DNA of 55,238 nt from Eledone cirrhosa. Lineage: Eukaryota. Location of the stretch: assembly GCA_964016885.1 (NCBI GenBank), contig CAXHJY010000966.1, positions 1 through 55,238 on the forward strand, in the 5' to 3' direction. Under the pieces are notes generated by a model, which made no database searches, was not told the origin of the DNA, and saw only the letters and a program-made list of their open reading frames with translations. The position numbers were made by a program, and so were the translations under genes. Positions 42,043 through 55,238 of this stretch are shown piece by piece. The first letter of the stretch is position 1. Each line of letters begins with the position of its first letter.

Positions 42043-42083
<41 letters not shown>

Positions 42084-42231
42084 CATACACATATATATAT
42101 AAATACATATACATACATACACATATAAATACATATATATACATATACATACACATATATACATACACATATATACATACACATATATACATACACATAT
42201 ATACATACACACATATTACATACACATATAT

Positions 42232-42279
<48 letters not shown>

Positions 42280-42416
42280 CATAATACACATATATATATA
42301 TATATATATATACATACACATATATATATATATATATACATACATACATACATATACATTTATATATATATATATATATATATATACATACATACATATA
42401 TATACATTTATATGTA

Positions 42417-42452
<36 letters not shown>

Positions 42453-42525
42453 CATTTATATATATATATATATATACATACATATTTATATATATATATA
42501 TACATACATATATATACATATATAC

Positions 42526-42562
<37 letters not shown>

Positions 42563-42673
42563 CATATATATACATATATATACATATACATATATATATA
42601 TACATACATATACATATATATATATACATACATATATATATACATTTATATATATATATTATATACATTTATA

Positions 42674-42705
<32 letters not shown>

Positions 42706-44008
42706 CATATATATATATACATTTATATATATATATATATATACATACATATATATATATACATTTATATATATATATATATACACATACATATATATAT
42801 ATACATTTATATATATATATATATATATATACATACATACATATATATACATTTATATATATATATATATATATACATACATATATATATATAAATTTAT
42901 ATATATATATATATACATACATATATATATATACATTTATATATATATATATATATATATACATACATATATATATATACATTTATATATATATATATAT
43001 AATATATACATATACATACATATACATACATTATATACATATATATATATATACATACATATATATACATTTATATATATATATATATATATACATACAT
43101 ATACATACATATACATATATATATATATACATACATATACATACATATACATTTATATATATATATATATATATACATACATATATATACATTTATATAT
43201 ATATATATATACATACATATATATACATTTATATATATATATATATATATACATACATATACATACATATATATACATTTATATATATATATATATATAT
43301 ACATACATATATATACATTTATATATATATATATATATATATACATACATATACATACATATACATTTATATATATATATATATATATATACATACATAT
43401 ACATACATATACATTTATATATATATATATATATATATACATACATATACATACATATACATTTATATATATATATATATACATACATATACATACATAT
43501 ACATTTATATATATATATATATATATACATACATATACATACATACATATACATTTATATATATATATATATATATACATACATATACATACATATATAT
43601 ACATTTATATATATATATATATATATATATACATACATACATACATACATATACATCTATATATATATATACACATCTATATATATATACATACATACAT
43701 ACATATACAACTATATATATATATACACATCTAATATATATATACACATCTATATATATATATACACATCTATATATATATATACACATCTATATATATA
43801 TATACACATCTATATATATATATACACATCTATATATATATATACACATCTATATATATATATACACATCTATATATATATATACACATCTATATATATA
43901 TATACACATCTATATATATATATACATCTATATATATATATACATCTATATATATATATACATCTATATATATATATACATCTATATATATACATCTATA
44001 TATATATA
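41283..44008. repeat. Compound (TA)n/(CATA)n microsatellite
   Basis: Directly visible. Confidence 0.97.
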
Positions 44009-46160
44009 AACTTTGAATAAAACTTTGAAATGTTTTGGCCAGTATTGGCCCAGGCCATGTCTAACTTAATAGCACCACCTGGCGAAGTCTTTCAATTCAG
44101 GATTTGGGCACCATGGCCCATTCGAGAAGAGAATTACTGTTTGCGGAGACATATCCGGGTGTGGGTGGTTTGTCCGGGATTACTTGGAGGAATTTGTCCA
44201 AAGACTTCTTGAATTTTGTGTGGTCAGTTTCTGTTTTGACGTGTCCTGGTGTGATGTTGAAGAGAGCAGGGCCGATTGAGGTGAAATAATTGTGCCGTAT
44301 TGTTGTTATGAGTTGCGATTTAGATTTTTGAATGGGACGGATAGCACGGGGCCCAAGCCTTGGGTGTATCTTGAAGGCGATGCCAACATCATTTGGGCAG
44401 TGATGATGGAACATTTTCCACATCATGCAGATAATATAACGCTCACGGCGACGTTGGAGTGAGTAAAGTTTCAGGTTTTCCAATCGACCCCAGTAGTCAA
44501 GGTCTGACATGCCATCTATCTTTTCGTGATTGCCCTTTGAGGAGCTTCAAGTTTCATGATACTTTGTTTCGTGTGGGGAGACCACAGTGGACAACAGTAT
44601 TCAAGGTGTGGTCGGGCGAAAGTAGAGAAGAGAAGGATAATGGTGCGGGAATCTCTCGACTGGAAGGTTCTGAGGATCCAGGAACACATTCTGCGGGCCA
44701 TGTCAACTTTGCTGCTTATATGCGTGGTCCAGCTTATGTTGCTGTCCACGGTTACTCCCAAGTCTCTGATGTTGTTAGATGCCACGAGAGTTTCCCCGGA
44801 GGGAAGGGAGTACGGGAGTTTCAGAGCATCCTCTTTTCCAAAGTGGATCAGTTCGAATTTGTCTTCGTTCAGTAACATGTTGTTCTTTTCTGCCATTGGG
44901 TAACAGCCAGTAGGTCTGACTGAAGGCTTATCCGGTCATCCACGCCATTGATGACCTTTTGGAGCTTGGAATCATCAGCGAAAATTTTAATGTTGCTGTG
45001 TTTGATGATGTCAGTGATGTCATTAATATAGATGATGAAGAGAAGTGGGCCCAACACAGTGCCTTGTGGGACTCCACTACTGACTTTGGCTGGGCTTGAT
45101 TTGACTCCCTCAACTACAACATGTTGGGTTCTGTTTGACAGGAAGCTCTTGATCCACTGCAGCAGCTTTCCAGTGACACCAATATTGGACAGCTTTCTCA
45201 GTAGAATGTTATGATCAACCCTGTCAAAGGCTTGCTGAAATCAAGGTAGATAACATCAGTGTTTGGAACCCTCTCCCAAGGCTCTCAAAATGTCATCAAA
45301 GTGATGCAGTAGTTGCGTCAGGCAATCCCTTCCATTACGGAATCCATGCTGGTTGGAGTTCAGCATATTGTTACTCTCAAGGAAGTGGGTCATTCGCGAT
45401 CTCACCACTCGCTCAAATACCTTAATGATATGAGAGGTGAGTGAGATTGGACGGTAATTCACGGCAAGGGATTTGTTTCCCTTTTTGAAAACTGGGACAA
45501 CAGACTGGGATAGAAGGTTTTCTGGCACATATCCAGCATCCAGTGAGTTCCGCCACAGATTGGCAAGAGGAGAAGCAAGTTGGTGTTGACACGCCTTCAG
45601 GACACAAGCAGGGAACCTATCGGGACCTACTGCTGAATTATGCTTGATTTCCTTTATTGCCGCCAAGACATCAGGGGCGCCAAACGTTATGTCCGATAAG
45701 GTGTAATGGGGAGTAACATCGCCGATACAGCCCAGATCGGCCATATCAGGATTGCTGAAAACAGAGCAGTATTGTTTCTGCAGTATCTCACCCATGGTTT
45801 TAGCATTGTCTTGAAGAGTGCCATTTTCATCAATTAGAGGGCCAACAGTAGAGCCAGTGATTTTGTGTGTTTTTTGCAAATGAAAAGAACACTTTGGGAT
45901 TGAGTTTGATCTTCTCAATGGCCCAGGCCTCTTCAGCTCTTCTCTGATTGTTGATGAGGGACATTATGTTGTTTTGGAGGGTTATGTTTTTTAATCTCTA
46001 GTGATGAAATGGCAGTCAAGTTGATGTGTTGCTGGCTGACAGGTATTTCAGCTTGTTAATTTTTTTGTTCGGTTCTCTTAATTTTTTCTGATGAGTGTTT
46101 TTCTATTTCTAGGGATTCTGCTCTTAGATTTGTTTATAGTGTCTTATGGGGTGTGTATAT
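44009..46160 (-). mobile_element. CR1/L2-group LINE, 5'-truncated and frameshifted
   Basis: AVGPD, PVFKKG..NYRPISLTS, QHGFR, GVPQG.VLGPLLF, FADD, RDLGV, RPHLEYCCPLWSP, LYSLQRRRERY and FKKSLDKFL across four frames; tail ttcaaagttt twice, then (TA)n. Confidence 0.92.
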
Positions 46161-53062
<6,902 letters not shown>

Positions 53063-53666
53063 GGTGGCTGCCAACTCGTTTCGAGTACGGCCACTACTTT
53101 ATATCCATGTAGGAGAACCCCTACGGATGCGCTGAACGAGTGTGACTTTTTAGTCCAGCCAGCGATTTGAAAACTCGGTACAAACACTACACTTTTGACA
53201 ATTATTGACACATAGTGCTGGGCCCATGGTACCATCTGACGACAAGTGCAGAGAGATCTCCAGATATAAAGCAATGCCTGTGCCGTGAAGCTTTTATAGT
53301 GAGCAAAGGCACTGCACAAAGCCAGTCCCACTCTCTTAAACAAGATGATATGTACCAAAAAAGAAGAACAAGTCAACATCATTGGATACCATCAGGGTTG
53401 CAGGTGTTATATCAGAGTTTTCCTTCTCCTAGAATTCTGCCTTGACAAAGGCTAAGGGGTCATCTCTCCGGTGATTTTGGATGGCATTGACTCTTAAGAG
53501 CTCCTTTGCCCTTTGACAGGTTTTGTTTTTAGTCCTGCAGGATGTCCAAAGTCACCCTCCTCACCAAGAACCTTGGTGGGGTTGCCAGTTTAGTCGCCAA
53601 CGACCCGACCATGAGACAGGTTGTACTGGGATACATGTTACCAGTAGCACCAACTGGTGACCTGAC
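53063..53666 (-). mobile_element. Interspersed repeat resembling an RTE-type 5' UTR or derived non-autonomous element
   Basis: GC-balanced island within microsatellite; minus-strand ctaggagaaggaaaactctga motif that I recall from RTE-type 5' regions; homolog at 20148-20272. Confidence 0.55.
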
Positions 53667-54194
53667 ATATTACATATATACATATATATATACATACATA
53701 CATACATACAATATACCAACTGGTGACCTGACATATACATACATACATATATATATACATACATACATACATATATACATACATATATACATACATACAT
53801 ACATATATACATACATACATACATATATATTATACATACATACATATATATATACATACATACATAAATATATACATACATACATATATATATACATACA
53901 TACATATATATATACATACATACATATATATATACATACATACATATATATATACATACATACATATATATATACATACATACATATACATATACATACA
54001 TATACATATATACATACATACATATACATATATACATACATACATATACATATATACATACATACATATACATACATACATATACATATATACATACATA
54101 CATATACATACATACATACACATATATACATATACATATATATGTATATATATATACATATATATATATACATATATACATATTATACATATAC

Positions 54195-54226
<32 letters not shown>

Positions 54227-54629
54227 ATACATATATACATATATATATATACATATATACTTATATATATATACATATATACATATATATATATACATAT
54301 ATACATATACATATATATATAATACATACATATATATATACATACATACATATATATATATACATATATACATATACATATATATATATACATACATATA
54401 TATATACATACATACATACATACATATATATATACATACATATATATATACATACATACATATATATATACATACATACATACATATATACATACATATA
54501 TGTATATATATACATACTTATATATATACATACATACATATATATATACATATATATATACATACATATATACACACATACATATATATATACACACATA
54601 CATATATATATATATACATACATACATAT

Positions 54630-54661
<32 letters not shown>
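53667..54661. repeat. Compound (CATA)n/(TA)n microsatellite
   Basis: Directly visible. Confidence 0.97.
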
Positions 54662-54662
<1 letters not shown>

Positions 54663-55238
54663 ACCCATCGCCCCCCGCCACCACCGCCCCCAACCCCCAA
54701 ACGCAATCCAAAACTTCAGAGTTGGTACCATAAATGTAGGCACCCTAAAGGGTCGCGCTAACGAGGTTGTAGAAATGCTTGAACGTAAGGAGGTCGATGT
54801 TTGTTGTATTCAAGAGACCAGGTGGAGGGTGGGTCTGCTAGGTTCATTGAGGGTAAAAAACGTTGTTATAAGCTTTTCTGGGTGGGAAACGACGATGGGC
54901 TGGGTGGCGTAGGAATCATGGTAGCAGAAAAGTGGCAGATAAGATAATAGACGTAAATAGAGTGAACGACAGAATAATTAAAATACGACTTGTCCTCAAT
55001 AGAACTACGGTGACAGTAATATCTGCGTACGCACCCCAATCCGGACTGCCCGGCACTATAAAAGACAGATTCTATGAGACACTGATGCTAACTACCTCCC
55101 AAATATCCGACAGTGACTTATATAATTATCGCAGGCGACCTAAATGGTCACGTTGGACAACATTGTGACGGCTACGACGAAATCCATGGAGGCTATGGGT
55201 TTGGTACTAGAAATGAGGAAGGCTCCAGAATCCTGGAA
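54662..55238 (+). mobile_element. RTE-clade LINE copy 3, APE endonuclease N-terminal region (frameshifted; runs off the window)
   Basis: [41 protein letters not shown]; 55107-55238 matches the start of copy 1 (9350-9480). Confidence 0.92.

Overview
AT-rich eukaryotic, almost entirely non-coding DNA. The tRNA-SINE families, RTE LINEs and giant (TA/CATA)n tracts suggest an octopus/cephalopod genome (inference), probably intronic sequence of a minus-strand gene. About 19 kb (~35%) is compound TA/CATA microsatellite, which produces nearly all the long Y/I/M/C/V ORFs (artefacts). The rest is a transposon graveyard: three defective copies of one RTE LINE family whose RT carries an internal C4HC3 PHD finger, a CR1/L2-group LINE, Tx1/L1 and CRE-like 3' fragments, piggyBac-, hAT- and Tc1/mariner-type MITEs, many SINEs and several minisatellites. 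The best signal is at 35789-37571: a ~463-bp unit in three tandem copies plus one inverted copy. Each copy carries a minimal type I hammerhead ribozyme with a palindromic helix III, as in non-LTR retrozymes and Penelope-like pLTR arrays. It could yield ~462-464-nt self-cleaved, possibly circular, RNAs. No intact host gene is recognisable; one plausible minus-strand first coding exon lies at 7363-7490. All calls were made by eye without database searches, and boundaries of old repeats are approximate.
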